DNA of 64,000 nucleotides, from positions 34,978,304-35,042,303 of the forward strand of contig NC_092671.1 of NCBI RefSeq assembly GCF_964355755.1, in the 5' to 3' direction. Position 1 is the stretch's first letter. Every line of letters starts with the position of its first letter. This document shows, piece after piece, positions 27,101-38,500 of this stretch. The position numbers were made by a program, and so were the translations under genes. The notes under the pieces are model-generated. The model worked only from the letters and a program-made list of their open reading frames with translations. It had not been told where the DNA came from and searched no databases. The stretch comes from Antedon mediterranea. Its lineage: Eukaryota > Animalia > Echinodermata.

Positions 27101-30100
27101 AGATAAAATATCTTTGTCAACCTTCCAGATTTTGTCTTATTTTTCCATAATAGTGTTTTCTCTATGTGGTTGATTTTCTCTTTTTAAAAAAATATAATAA
27201 CTTCATAAAGCAGAACACTATTAAAATTAATAATAGTTTGTCAAAAAGTAGTTCTTACAGAGATGTCATTTTTAGCTGTGCACTTTGAGTACTACTACTT
27301 CACTATTAAAAGTAAATAAAAGTAGCATTGTTTATTATCAACAAAGAGTGTTAATTTTAATTTTTCAGTCCTTGAATAGTTATCTATTTTAGCGATCAAT
27401 ATCAAAGTTTGATATAACAATCTTTAGAGCGCCATCAGCATTAAATACAACTCGTTGATCAAAATGTATTAATCTCTATAGATGTAATCTTACAACAAAA
27501 GGTGGTTGAACCAAAGAGTATAATATATATAGTGTACCTCACTGTTTATATTTATTACTGTTTATTTATCAGAAAAATTTAACGTCCATCGTAATTTTTA
27601 TTGAAGTGTATACAATAGCATCTTTGTAAGTGTTACCTTAAAGAAGTACCCAATTCTAATATAATTTGATAGAATGAAATATTGAATAAATCAATATAGA
27701 CTACTGAAATCTAGAGAGAGTGTGTAACCTACTCCCTAGACAACTGAGTACAGCACCTTAATTTCTGAATACCAGGTATTACCTGATATCTATTAAGAAA
27801 GTATCTTCACATATTATATTATATTATCAAGTATTTAATTTTCACTGTAAATCTTTATTAAACCCAAAATAAACCATAACCTATTTAACATTAAAAAATA
27901 CAGCTAATCAAGTTCAGGCCCTAAACAATAGATAACACATACAATTATAATTAAATAAATAAGCTAAAACAACCAACTATAATTGACATTTGTCACAAGA
28001 TGTATTCACTCACCAGCATTTGGGTTGAGAATCTTGATTTTACAATAATATTACACAACTATTTTTATGACACTATGCATTCTCTTACAGGCACTAGAGT
28101 TAAAGGATGAGGAAGTTGCTCTTATACGGGAAAAGATGGACCATGAAATTGAAGAGTTAACCGCCAGTTTGTTTGTGGTAGGGATTTCTTTAAAGTGCTG
28201 TAATATCGTATTTAAACTACTTGAGTTTAATCACGAATAGACTTTATTTTCTCGATATTTTATTCTGCAGGAAGCCCATGCTATGGTAAGAGAAGCCAAT
28301 CTAAAGCAAGCTGAGGCAGAGAAGATTCTAAAGGAAGCCCAGGGAAAGGTAATAATGATGACATTCTAAAAAATCTGGTAGTTTATAAAACAATTCCAGT
28401 AAGCACCATTTGGGTGGGTATGGTAAATGGCACCCCTGCCTTAAATGCTCAGCCATTTGACTCGCTCGACAGAACTGGAGACTAAAATAATCATATTACC
28501 AGTTTTCTGACATGACAGTACAATAGAGACTTTAATTTTAACAGTATTTTGTATCAGCCTAGACCTGATAGAATCATGTCTTTGACATCTCTAGCCTTAG
28601 CTCCTCTGCTAAAATCGCATTACTCAGGCAAGTCATTTCTAACGGCACACTGCATATAGTCTTTCTTTAAAGGAACATTTAATTCAATATGGCATAGTAG
28701 CTTCATTTAAACATTTTTTAGAGGTTTAACTATTTTGTTTATATTGAAGGTGCATGCATTTATTTAACATTTTATTATCGATTTTTGGTAATCTCTTTAC
28801 AGATTGATGTACTGCAAGCAGAGGTCACTGCCCTCAAAGCAATGGTCCTGACATCAACACCCAGTATGCCATTACCTCCGACACAATCACCGAAGAAATC
28901 TATAAGCATATTGAAACGACACAAGCCACAGAATCCAATCATCAGTCAACAGATGAGTATGTATAGTCACCATTGGAGGAATCCAGCATTGCTTGATACA
29001 CCGCTGGAACGAAGTAACAGCAGTCCAGCAGCTATTAACAACTCAACAGTACAGGAGCTAAAAGAGGTGACAGGAATGCTTTGATATGATCATTATAGGT
29101 TATATCATGCCTACTTACCTGGATGAACCTGAAGAGAGAACATAACTCGAAAAGAATTGATATGAACACTTCAGACAAGACAGTGATATCATATTGGAAC
29201 GTGTTAAATGATGGGCAAGGCTGCCCATGTGAGGGCACGGCTCACAGACTATACCACTGTCTTGGAGGGGTGTCACCGTGTTAATTCTTCCGTCTTTCTT
29301 CTTGGCTAAAAAAATATCTTTTCAGTGCAATATAAATAATAGTATAAATTAATACACAAAATTTGTACTTTATTTGGAAGATAATCTTCAGTTATCACTC
29401 AATATAAATTTTCATGAAACACTAGGAGTGGATCCAGGAGGCAGCACTATGGGGCGGGTTCTAAACTAATTTTTATCTGTATATTTGACAGAATATTAAT
29501 ATTATATGTTCCAGCCCAAATCCTGATATGATTATAATAATGTATTTATTAAATTTATGAACAAAAACTATATTTGTGGTACGAAATGGCAGCTTTTTTG
29601 GATGCCATCTTGATTAGATGATTACTGCAGTATATTTGCAAAGACATGTCTTTTAATTATTTTTAGTAGGCTACGTAGGCTAACAAAAAACTTCAAAAAT
29701 GGAAGAAACAAACGCTAATAGCTAATTAATAATTAATAAATTAATTAATAATTGCTACCATTTTTTAAAGGCGGATCCAGTAACATTACATGAGTTTGAA
29801 ACGTGGAAGAAATCACCGTCATTGTCCATGGAAAGTGCGTTCATGAAACGTATACAGCTTGAAGATGTGCAACCGTGTTTGACATTCCCGAACAACGCCC
29901 TCACTGAAATGGTCCAAAAATGCGTCCTAAACAACTCATTATGTATAGAACCAATTCATGGTTCACCAAACACAAAAAAGTAAGAAATTAAAAATTATTA
30001 GGAATAAAGTAAAACTCAGCATTTGGGACAACATTTTTCATGGGACAACTTTATTAAAGGGACACCCCTATAGGGGTACTTTCTTGTGAAATAGATGAGG

Positions 30101-31969
30101 GTCAATGTATAAACACTTCAGCCAACTCATCATATTCATTTATTCATTAGTGGAAAATTACTTCCATGTATTGTCTTTTGCATATAAAATATACATAGAA
30201 ATTATGTTTGCTTTGAGATACAAACACAGATAAATCAAAAACTAACAAAACAAACAATTAAAAAGTGTCACAGCACTCTTGTACGGTTTACTGACAAGAA
30301 TTCAGTGCCCGAATGGCAGCTGGATAAAAGCTGTTTGAAATCTATTTGTACGAGAGATGATGGACCGGTAATTCCTATGACACACTTTGTTATGTCTCTA
30401 AATAGGAGGTTTACTGTAGTATGTTGCCATGTCTATATAATGTATTCTTCGTCTTCAAGTTCCGCAATCAAAATATTGATTATTATGGAACTAGAAGGCC
30501 TACTTTAAGTAGTGGTTGTGTGTGACAGTGGCTGTGTGAACTATAGTACACCAGGGTAACCCCACTACTCATCTCAAAAGATGTACTGGGTTCTTTAAAG
30601 TGTACACCAGCCTGACTTTAAGAGTCGGGCTGTTTAGATCGAAGAGAACGCAAGAAGGATTACTGTGGACTACTTTACCAAATGATGAGTTTGTTCTCAA
30701 CTTTAAATCCTTCTTGCGTTCTCTTCGATCTAACCTGCCCAACTCTTAACTTTTTTCTTATTTATTTTATTTATAGACTAATTTTATTTTATTGACAAAT
30801 TTTTATGACATTTTTAAAATTTATATGAGGAGTAGCCGACTCATTTGAGTTACAGCAATGTATTTTGCTTAAGCTGCCCCTGCCCAGTATCTCTTTTTTT
30901 TTTATTATATACATATAGATTTATATTATTGATTTTATGCTGGTCAAATAAATAGACAAAGAAGCAAAAAGGAGAAATATTGTGTACACTGAACCTATGA
31001 TTTATAGTCCTCATCTGTAAAGATCTACCACCATTCATCCATGTTACCCTTTTATTAATTTATTTACAGAATGTGTGCTTTGACCTCTGAGAATCGTGTT
31101 TGTAAATATCGTTTAAAGTTGGAAGATCCTGATAAATGGTGCGATGTTTCTACGTCAGCAAGAAATAGAGTGAGTAATTCTAATACACCTTTTTTTTCAT
31201 TTAAAGTACTAATTTAACTTCAGTTTATGTTCTGTATAAACTATTCACTATACAGTATATACTATTTCATTGTATGTACTATTGCACTTTCATTACATAC
31301 AGTACGATTTCAATATATGAACTATTTTGCTGTATAAACTATTCACTATACAGTATACTATTTCATTGTATGTACTATTGCACTTTCATTACATACAGTA
31401 CAATTTCACTATATGAACTATTTTGCTGTATATACTATTCACTATACTGTACTGCACTATACAATTGTACTATTGCACTTTGGTTACATACAGTACTATT
31501 TCACTATGTATTATTTCATGTTATGTATTTCCTTATTGTACTATTTAACAATATTGTGTTCAACCAATCAATTACCAATGCTTTAGTTGAAAAATTAATA
31601 TAAAAAATACAGAAGATACATAAGCTTTTTTTAAATACATATTTACATATTTTTTTTCAGATTACTGCCGTATGCAATTGTTTTACCTATTTACGTTACA
31701 TACAACAAGGTCTTGTTAAAAGTGAAAGTAAGTTTTTTTAATTTGAAACCACATGGTTTATAATAGTAAGAACATTTTTTGGCATGATGTTGCATGATTT
31801 GTGACTTTGACTTTGAATATTTGAACCTAAGAAAACAACAACTTAGACGAATTTCGACTTTCAATAATCAATAATATTTATTATACTCTTATTTTTTACA
31901 GCAATTGACATGTACTGGGAAATAGTACGGCTCCGAAAGGAAATTGCGTTGGCGAAGTTGAGTTTATAA
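23992..31969 (+). CDS. RAB3IP: Rab3A-interacting protein / Rabin8 (Sec2-domain Rab GEF), 9 coding exons, 384 aa
   Basis: join(23992..24143,24700..24829,28091..28177,28271..28348,28803..29066,29771..29979,31070..31169,31661..31727,31902..31969) = 1155 nt, open, all GT-AG. Contains [49 protein letters not shown] (Sec2 coiled coil) and the C-terminal CALT...[20 protein letters not shown]...[17 protein letters not shown] typical of RAB3IP/RAB3IL1. Confidence 0.95.
24215..24378. mobile_element. MITE family A (PIF/Harbinger-like), representative copy
   Basis: TIR agctctgtctacactatcaaact flanked by TAA/TTA; other copies at ~32185-32293, 34337-34468, 46172-46331, 48259-48406, 51766-51906, 52267-52381 and 56997-57135. 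Confidence 0.85.
24700..24829 (+). CDS. RAB3IP: RAB3IP coding exon 2
   Basis: tttcag|t...cag|gtaac; [28 protein letters not shown] resembles Rabin8 [27 protein letters not shown]. Confidence 0.9.
25534..25695. mobile_element. Decayed pogo/Tigger-like MITE
   Basis: tacagtagaac..gggacacctctatt..ggacac...tgtccccttaatagg; related fragments near 21590-21665, 26270-26397, 30008-30420 and 33465-33520. Confidence 0.55.
28091..28177 (+). CDS. RAB3IP: RAB3IP coding exon 3
   Basis: ttacag|...gtg|gtaggg; [29 protein letters not shown]. Confidence 0.93.
28271..28348 (+). CDS. RAB3IP: RAB3IP coding exon 4
   Basis: ctgcag|...aag|gtaata; [26 protein letters not shown]. Confidence 0.95.
28803..29066 (+). 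CDS. RAB3IP: RAB3IP coding exon 5
   Basis: ttacag|[23 protein letters not shown]...VQELKE|gtgaca; overlaps ORF-track 28785..29084. Confidence 0.92.
29771..29979 (+). CDS. RAB3IP: RAB3IP coding exon 6
   Basis: tttaaag|[62 protein letters not shown]...|gtaaga. Confidence 0.93.
30618..30749. mobile_element. Short palindromic MITE
   Basis: ~45-bp inverted arms ttaagagtcgggc..ttagatcgaagagaacgcaagaaggatt and aatccttcttgcgttctcttcgatctaa..gcccaactcttaa. Confidence 0.75.
31070..31169 (+). CDS. RAB3IP: RAB3IP coding exon 7
   Basis: tttacag|[33 protein letters not shown]|gtgagt. Confidence 0.93.
31232..31510. repeat. ~96-bp intronic tandem repeat, ~2.8 copies
   Basis: ctgtataaactattcactatacagtata...gaactattttg recurs at 31232, 31330 and 31426. 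Confidence 0.85.
31661..31727 (+). CDS. RAB3IP: RAB3IP coding exon 8
   Basis: ttttcag|[22 protein letters not shown]|gtaagt. Confidence 0.95.
31902..31969 (+). CDS. RAB3IP: RAB3IP terminal coding exon
   Basis: tttacag|(T)[21 protein letters not shown]; TAA at 31967-31969. Confidence 0.95.
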
Positions 31970-33601
31970 ATTCAATGTCGGATGATTGAGATACAGAACA
32001 ACAAGATGACTTAAATCCAGTATAAAGATGTTAAGAATGACTCTTTGATATGTATTTGTTTCTCTTGCCAAGAGGTCAAAGTTCACAGAGGGTGGGTGTT
32101 ACTTGGTGATGTTATCAGGTCATTCTATCAAGCTACTATAAATGTGTCTTCCTCCATTTACAATCATTTTTAGTGTATGTTAAAAACGTTCATATATGGA
32201 CATGATGATGTCATATCACTACCATATTAAGCTTATAGCTACCATATTTGGGCACCGTCATAACACTTTTTTTGTCAAACTAGACAGAGCTTTAGTGAAT
32301 GTTCACTTTTATTATGGTCGTCTTTCAGGTATGTCAATTAGTCCCGAAAATAATTATAACAGATAGTTCATGATATTTAGCATTATTGGCATGAATTAGA
32401 CTCTTGTCTGATATTATCTCAAATTCCTGGATCTGCTGCTGGTTCCAACATGGTAGCCTGGAGTTGGTTAGAGATCTGCCACTGCCACCCCTGCATTAAA
32501 GAAATCTGGTGAATTTCTAGACGTTGTTAAAGAAATTCGGAGAATTAAAAACAAATTTCAAGATTAACCTGATAACAATGCAAGATACAAGAAAAACCCA
32601 AGACAAACAATATTTGCTGCCCTCTACCTGTTGGATAGTTGTCTGGTGATTTTTAAATTATCTTTTTGTTTATAATTGTCGTGAAGTTAGCAAAATATGA
32701 ATGCATTACACAACAATAACAATCAAAATCAATCAAATTTATTCATAAATTGGAGTATTTTGTAGGAAGTTCATAAAACCAGTTGTATTAGGAGAAAATT
32801 ATGGTAAAATCAGGTGAAAATTACATTGAATTGGGTAAACTGGAGATTTATCTTAAAATCAGGTGACACCAGACAAAATCAAGTGAGTTGGCAGGTCTGT
32901 GGTTAGCATGGGTGGGTGTATATATTAATTATATTTCAATAATCAACAATCATATTTATCATGGAGTGAATATTTATTGTTTTAAATTAGATTGACTGGG
33001 TTTATACATAATGGCGATTGTATTTTGAAAATCATATTTATCTTGATATGCTTATGATATTTTTAAGCACATGGAATATGCTGCAGGCACCACAGAACTG
33101 AAACATTTAGTCAGACATTCATGAAAACCGAAAGCCACCCGATATTTATTTTATTTCACATCCAACAGCTAAAGGCCAATAACAGAATGCCTTATAAGAC
33201 ACAATATAAATATATATTTTTAAAAAAATAGAAGCAACGAGAATACAACAGAAAGAAAGGCAAAAAATGGTAACATTTAAAAACAGATATAATTTTTTTA
33301 ATTAAGGGTAAATGAACGCTCGGTATTTAGAAAGGTCAACAAGCAAATGACAAATGATGTTTGAAAATTGAGTAAATGTAATCTAAGGCTTAAATAGAAA
33401 ATATCAATAGAAGGATTATTATTAACTAAATTATTATATAAAAGGGGGGGGGGGGGGGGTAAGGGGAAATCTATGGACAACACCATCCTTAGTATAGTTA
33501 ACTCTATTAAAGGGAACAACTAAAAAGGTCCTCATAGCGTGGGCCAGGTCTATGTATTTTAATAGGGAAAAGGGAACATAATTTAATAATAATATAAATA
33601 A

Positions 33602-34171
33602 TACTAGAGGGTACTCCGAGAGTACAAACCTCCCCCTACTGTAAAATTCCCCTACATAAAATTCCCCCTGAATATTTTTTTTTTACATTTTTTTTTATTA
33701 GTTCTAAGTGTAAATATGTTAACTGCACACTACAAAGTTGTGGATGACAGTGTGGTGTAATGGTTATGTATCCAGCCTCTCACAGTTAAGATCTCTGGTT
33801 CAAGTTTTTATTATTTTTTTTTTATTTTTTTTTTTGTTGGTTTTTTGTGGACCTTGATCTTTGACCCTGACCCTTCAAAATGTAACCACAATTATATGAT
33901 GTGTCATTGATCATTGTGGCTAAGTTTGGTGAGAATCGGATAAAAACTGTGGTCTCTAGGCAGTAAAATAGTTTTTTGTTAGTTGTGACCTTGACCTATG
34001 ACCTTTTCCCCTCAAATTCGAACTCGTCCGAGCTTTTGGGGCATAGATCATTGTTGCCAAATTTGGTGAGAATCGGATAAAAACTGTGGCCTCCAGGCTG
34101 TTCACAGACACACACACAAACACACACACAAACATACAGGGGTGAAAACATAACCTCCTTGGCGGAGGTAA
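33602..34171. mobile_element. Unclassified non-autonomous DNA element (ACTAGAGG...(CA)n...aaaacataacctccttggcggaggta type)
   Basis: Internal duplication of tttggtgagaatcggataaaaactgtgg, tgaccttga motifs, CA microsatellite and a tRNA-like remnant at 33748-33805; inverted partial copy at ~16095-16225. Confidence 0.65.
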
Positions 34172-34492
34172 TAATTTAAATATGTGCACGAAAATTAGTT
34201 TGATTTGCATAGAAAAGGTGTTTATGTCCTCATAAAATAAGCATGATTAATAACAAGTTATTTGGAGGCATTCCCGACCTTCAAGTTCCATTTCTGCTGA
34301 TTGAAGTCTTTCTTTTGTATCTTGTATTTAGCGGTTCAAGCTTTGTCAACGACACTATCAAACTAATTTGACAAAAAAAAATGTGTGATGCCCAAATACG
34401 GTAGTGATGTCCATATTTGGCACATCACTTTTTTTTCACACAAAATTTGATAGTGTAGACAGAGCTTTATATATATATTCATTCAATTCCCT

Positions 34493-34538
34493 CACTTGCA
34501 CTGATGAAGGGCTAGTGTTGCCCGAAAGCTCTGCTAAC
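34493..34538 (+). ncRNA. Minimal type I hammerhead ribozyme motif in a Penelope-like LTR fragment (~34470-34667)
   Basis: ttgca CTGATGA a gggc tagtgtt gccc GAAA gc TC tgctaa: intact core, stem II, palindromic AGCT in place of stem III, stem I gca/tgc. Confidence 0.65.
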
Positions 34539-35684
34539 TTTTCTGGCTGTTTACTTTATCGTTTTGATTCGCTTTTTATTTTTGTATCTCCATTGAGATC
34601 CAGCCACTGATACCCACAGCATTGTCATTTTTTTCAGTAATTTACCTTTGGATTTATATATATTCATATATATATGTGGTATATTTATCTTGTATTTAGT
34701 ATACCTGAAATGTATGGTAATTATCTTGTTCTAAATTACAAATGTATAGAAATTATCTTGTTTTTAAATTACATTTTACTCAGTACATCTATTAAAATTA
34801 GTATGAGAACATTGATTGTTCTTAGCCTGTATTCTACACCTGTCCTCCCATACCTTAATCATGGACCTATAAATTAGATATTTATTTATTTATAGGTCTA
34901 TACCTTAATCGTCACTAGGCATAGTACTAATCAACATGTGACCCTTTGTTCATTGATGATTCACATTCTTCCATAGAGAGTTGGGGTGGGGTCTGGGGGT
35001 GGGGAAGGGTTTGGGAGGGATGGATACTTTTATATAGACCGTTAATGTATGAAATTATGTATGTAAATTTATAAATAAATGTTTACAAGATATATCTATG
35101 TTTATAAGAGTAACACTGTCAATTTATTAAAAAACACTGCTAATTATACAAGGCACCAACAACGACAAGAAGATTTTATTTTCTGTTTTTTGTGAAAATA
35201 TTGTAGTGTGAGCATCCCGGGGTGAGCGTAAACAGAAATATAAAAAAACGGTTGTGAAAGGAATTATAACCATTTCATATTTCTGAAATCTGGATAGTTG
35301 TAGATGCTATCAGAACAGTGTGCATAGTATAGTGATCATAACTGTGAATTGTCAATGTTGGTGGCTTCCAATCAATTGTGCAGTGCTTTTGACTCTTTGG
35401 ATTATCATCAGTATGTTTTATTAATCAAAGTAAAATTAATTTATAAATATTAAATGTTACCTCTATAATTGAATATCTGTGTATTTTATATTGTAAATAA
35501 AATACCTAAAGTACAGAATTCTGTTTTATTGTCTATTTTTCCATATGATGTGATAAAGCGTCAATAAAAGATTCACTGTAAATGTACGGTGAACCAGAAA
35601 TAATGAAAAAATTGAAACTTAATTGATCATTACACCTACTCTTGGCTGTGTGAGATAAGTGCGATAATTTCCCAAATGATTGTA

Positions 35685-36445
35685 AAATCAAAGCGGTAGT
35701 CTACTGGGTGTGATCGACTAGTGGATCCGATCTTAAAACAAAGCTGTAGTCCGACTGGGTGTGATCAACTATTGGATCCGATCATAAAATCAAACCGGTA
35801 GTCATACTGGGTTTGATCGACTAGTGGATCCGATCTTAAAACAAAGCTGTAGTCCGACTGGGTGTTATCGACTAATAGATCCGATCATATAATCAAACCG
35901 GTAGTCATACTGGGTTTGATCGACTAGTGGATCCGATCATATAATCAAACCGGTAGTCATACTGGGTTTGATCGACTAGTGGATTCGATCTTAAAACAAA
36001 GCTGTAGTCATACAGTACTGGGTTTGATTGACTAGTGGACCCGATCATAAAATCAAACCGGTAGTCTACTGGTTTGATCGACTAGTGCATCCGATCATAA
36101 AATCAAAGTGCTAGTCATACTGGGTTTGATCGACTAGTGGATCCGATCATAAAATCAAACCGGTAGTCTACTGGCTGTGATCGACTAGTGGATCCGATCT
36201 TAAAACAAAGCTGTAGTCATACTGGGTTTGATCGACTAGTGGATCTGCTCATAAAATCAAAGTGGTAGTCATACTGGGTTTGATTGACTAGTGGATCTGA
36301 TAACAAAATCAAACCAGTAGTCTACTGGGTTTGATCGACTAGTGGATCCGATCATAAAATCAAAGTGGTAGTCATACTGGGTGTGATCGACTAGTGGATC
36401 CGATCTTAAAAACAAAGCTGTAGTCCTACTGGGCTTGATCAACCA
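35685..36445. repeat. 51-52-bp minisatellite, ~14 copies
   Basis: Unit tactgggtttgatcgactagtggatccgatcataaaatcaaaccggtagtca, interspersed with a cttaaaacaaagctgtagtc variant. Confidence 0.95.
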
Positions 36446-37589
36446 AAATCCGGAAAAAAAATAAATAAATAAATAAAATAAAATCAAACTGGTGATCGAC
36501 TAGTGTTCATGGAACAGATTTAAAGTATGATAACATGATTGTAAATGTTCATCTGGTTTGTAATTTTTTTTAACAAACCAATGGTACAAATTACGAGATT
36601 ATAGATGGTAAGAAAAGAAGGTATTTACCATCTAATCTCGTGATTCTTACCATTGGTTTGATAAAAATCATAACTTGCTTAGCAAAAAAATTAACTTTCT
36701 TTTAAGTCAATATATAATATAATAATATAAGTCAGTTTAAAAATAACCCATACAAATATTTGTACATATTTTTTAGTAGCCCAAATCTACATCCTTCTCA
36801 TGAATTCCCTTTTCAAATTTAACCAATTTTAAGTCAGCAGTCCTGATTATTTTAACAGACTGACTATAATTATTTAGATTAAACAGCTGAACTTTATATT
36901 AATATTATATTTGTTATTCTTTTATATTTGTTGTAATGTTCGACTAATAAATCAAATTACAAATTAAGAATTAACAATAACAAAACATTTTGGAATACTA
37001 TAATGTAGTGTTGCAATAAATCATATAAAGTAAAGAAGTAATGTTGATATTTGTTATATAAAAATTACAATTGTAGGTTGTTGACACATTGAACTTTATT
37101 AAAGTCACGTATGCCCACAGGAAACTCTATTATTATATAACTTATGTAACACAACCCAGTAGGAGTTTGAGCCAAATCTGTATAATTAAAGGTTATATTC
37201 AGCCATTCTACCAAAAACATTGTCCATATTGAAGGCAAAAAACAATACATAAAAAAAAAACACACAATAATATATTATTAGGATACCTCTAAAAAGTGCT
37301 TCCACTTCTTTGCTTAAAATATTTGGAGTGAAAAAAAGTTGTTGACTGTTTGACAAAAGTCAATTTTGTTCAGACCCATCATTCTAAATCGTTTTTAAAA
37401 CAATGCAATACTGTACATAATTTGTCTATGATTACTTTCCGCTTTGCCCAGGTTGTTTACTTTTTCGTTTTTATTGAGCTGTCTAAAAATTGTTGTATCT
37501 CTAATTTTTATTTTTTATATTTGTATAAGGGTGTATTCACAATAAATATTATTTTTAACAATGTTTTCTGCTAAAAACCATAATATTGT

Positions 37590-38500
37590 ATATATCGCCC
37601 TCTAATATTCATGCAGTCTGAGCATGCACACAAACAACAAGAGAGCATTACACAGCCAGCTGCATAATAATAACCAAAAAGTTGACAGCGAAAGCGAGGA
37701 GTTGTCGTCGTACGCGCGAGTAGTAGTTTTCTTTGGCTGCTGATGAAAAAAAACACTTTGTAGGATTGTCGTAGGCAAATATGGAGGAAATTATTACTGC
37801 AAATTGAAAATGAGCTCGATTGACTATCGTCTCTACCGTTTACGGGATATATTCACAGGATACTACCCTACAACGTTTTATTTTTCTTCTATGGTTAGCT
37901 AATTAGAAAACGTCAAGCGCATTTTGGAGCAAGCAGTAAGCTAAAGATTTGTTTTCTTTGTTGTTATCGTCGTTTTGTGGGCTGGGCCAAAGGTGTGCAG
38001 CAGGCAGCTGAGTGAGCTGAGAGAGAGACACAGCTGATTGTATGAATTGACATTTCGATGTCAAGGCCTAGCCTGGCTCAGTCTATCTAGGCTAGACTAT
38101 TAGTAATTACTTACAGGCTTAGGCCTATATGCCTATTTACACCGAGTTTCTTTTAAATTAATTTATCGCTAACATTGATGAATTATTGTTGTTTTTTAAT
38201 AGGTAATAAAAACATTTTTTTTCCTTTTCGTTCCTGTTTTAACTGAAGTTTCATCCAATCCTTCTACACAATCTGTCTATAAGGCCTTTAGATGAGTCTT
38301 AGAGCATAGCTAGCTAGGCCTACTCTATTCTAGACAGAGTCAAAGAGAGAGAGATAGGCCTAGGTAGGGGCCTAGTAGGCCTAATATAAGATTATATATA
38401 GCCTATAGGCCTAGCCTAGCTAGCTAGGCTTATTATACAAATTTTATAATCTGCCTGCAATACTTAATTGAACGTTCAATGTTCCGGCCTAGCATGCTTG
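37590..38500 (+). promoter_or_regulatory. Candidate promoter and non-coding first exon of gene 2
   Basis: Local CpG-rich island, donor-like gca|GTAAGC at 37935/37936, followed by a dense AGGCCT/GCTAGC cluster. Confidence 0.5.

Noticed and set aside
31274-31603. 109-aa ORF with an internal repeat
   Set aside because: It is the translation of the 96-bp intronic tandem repeat between RAB3IP exons 7 and 8.
35685-36445. CRISPR-like array, or vector polylinker (ACTAGTGGATCC = SpeI-BamHI)
   Set aside because: The units are contiguous repeats without unique spacers, there are no cas genes and the context is eukaryotic. The 12-mer is embedded in a diverging genomic repeat with no other polylinker sites.
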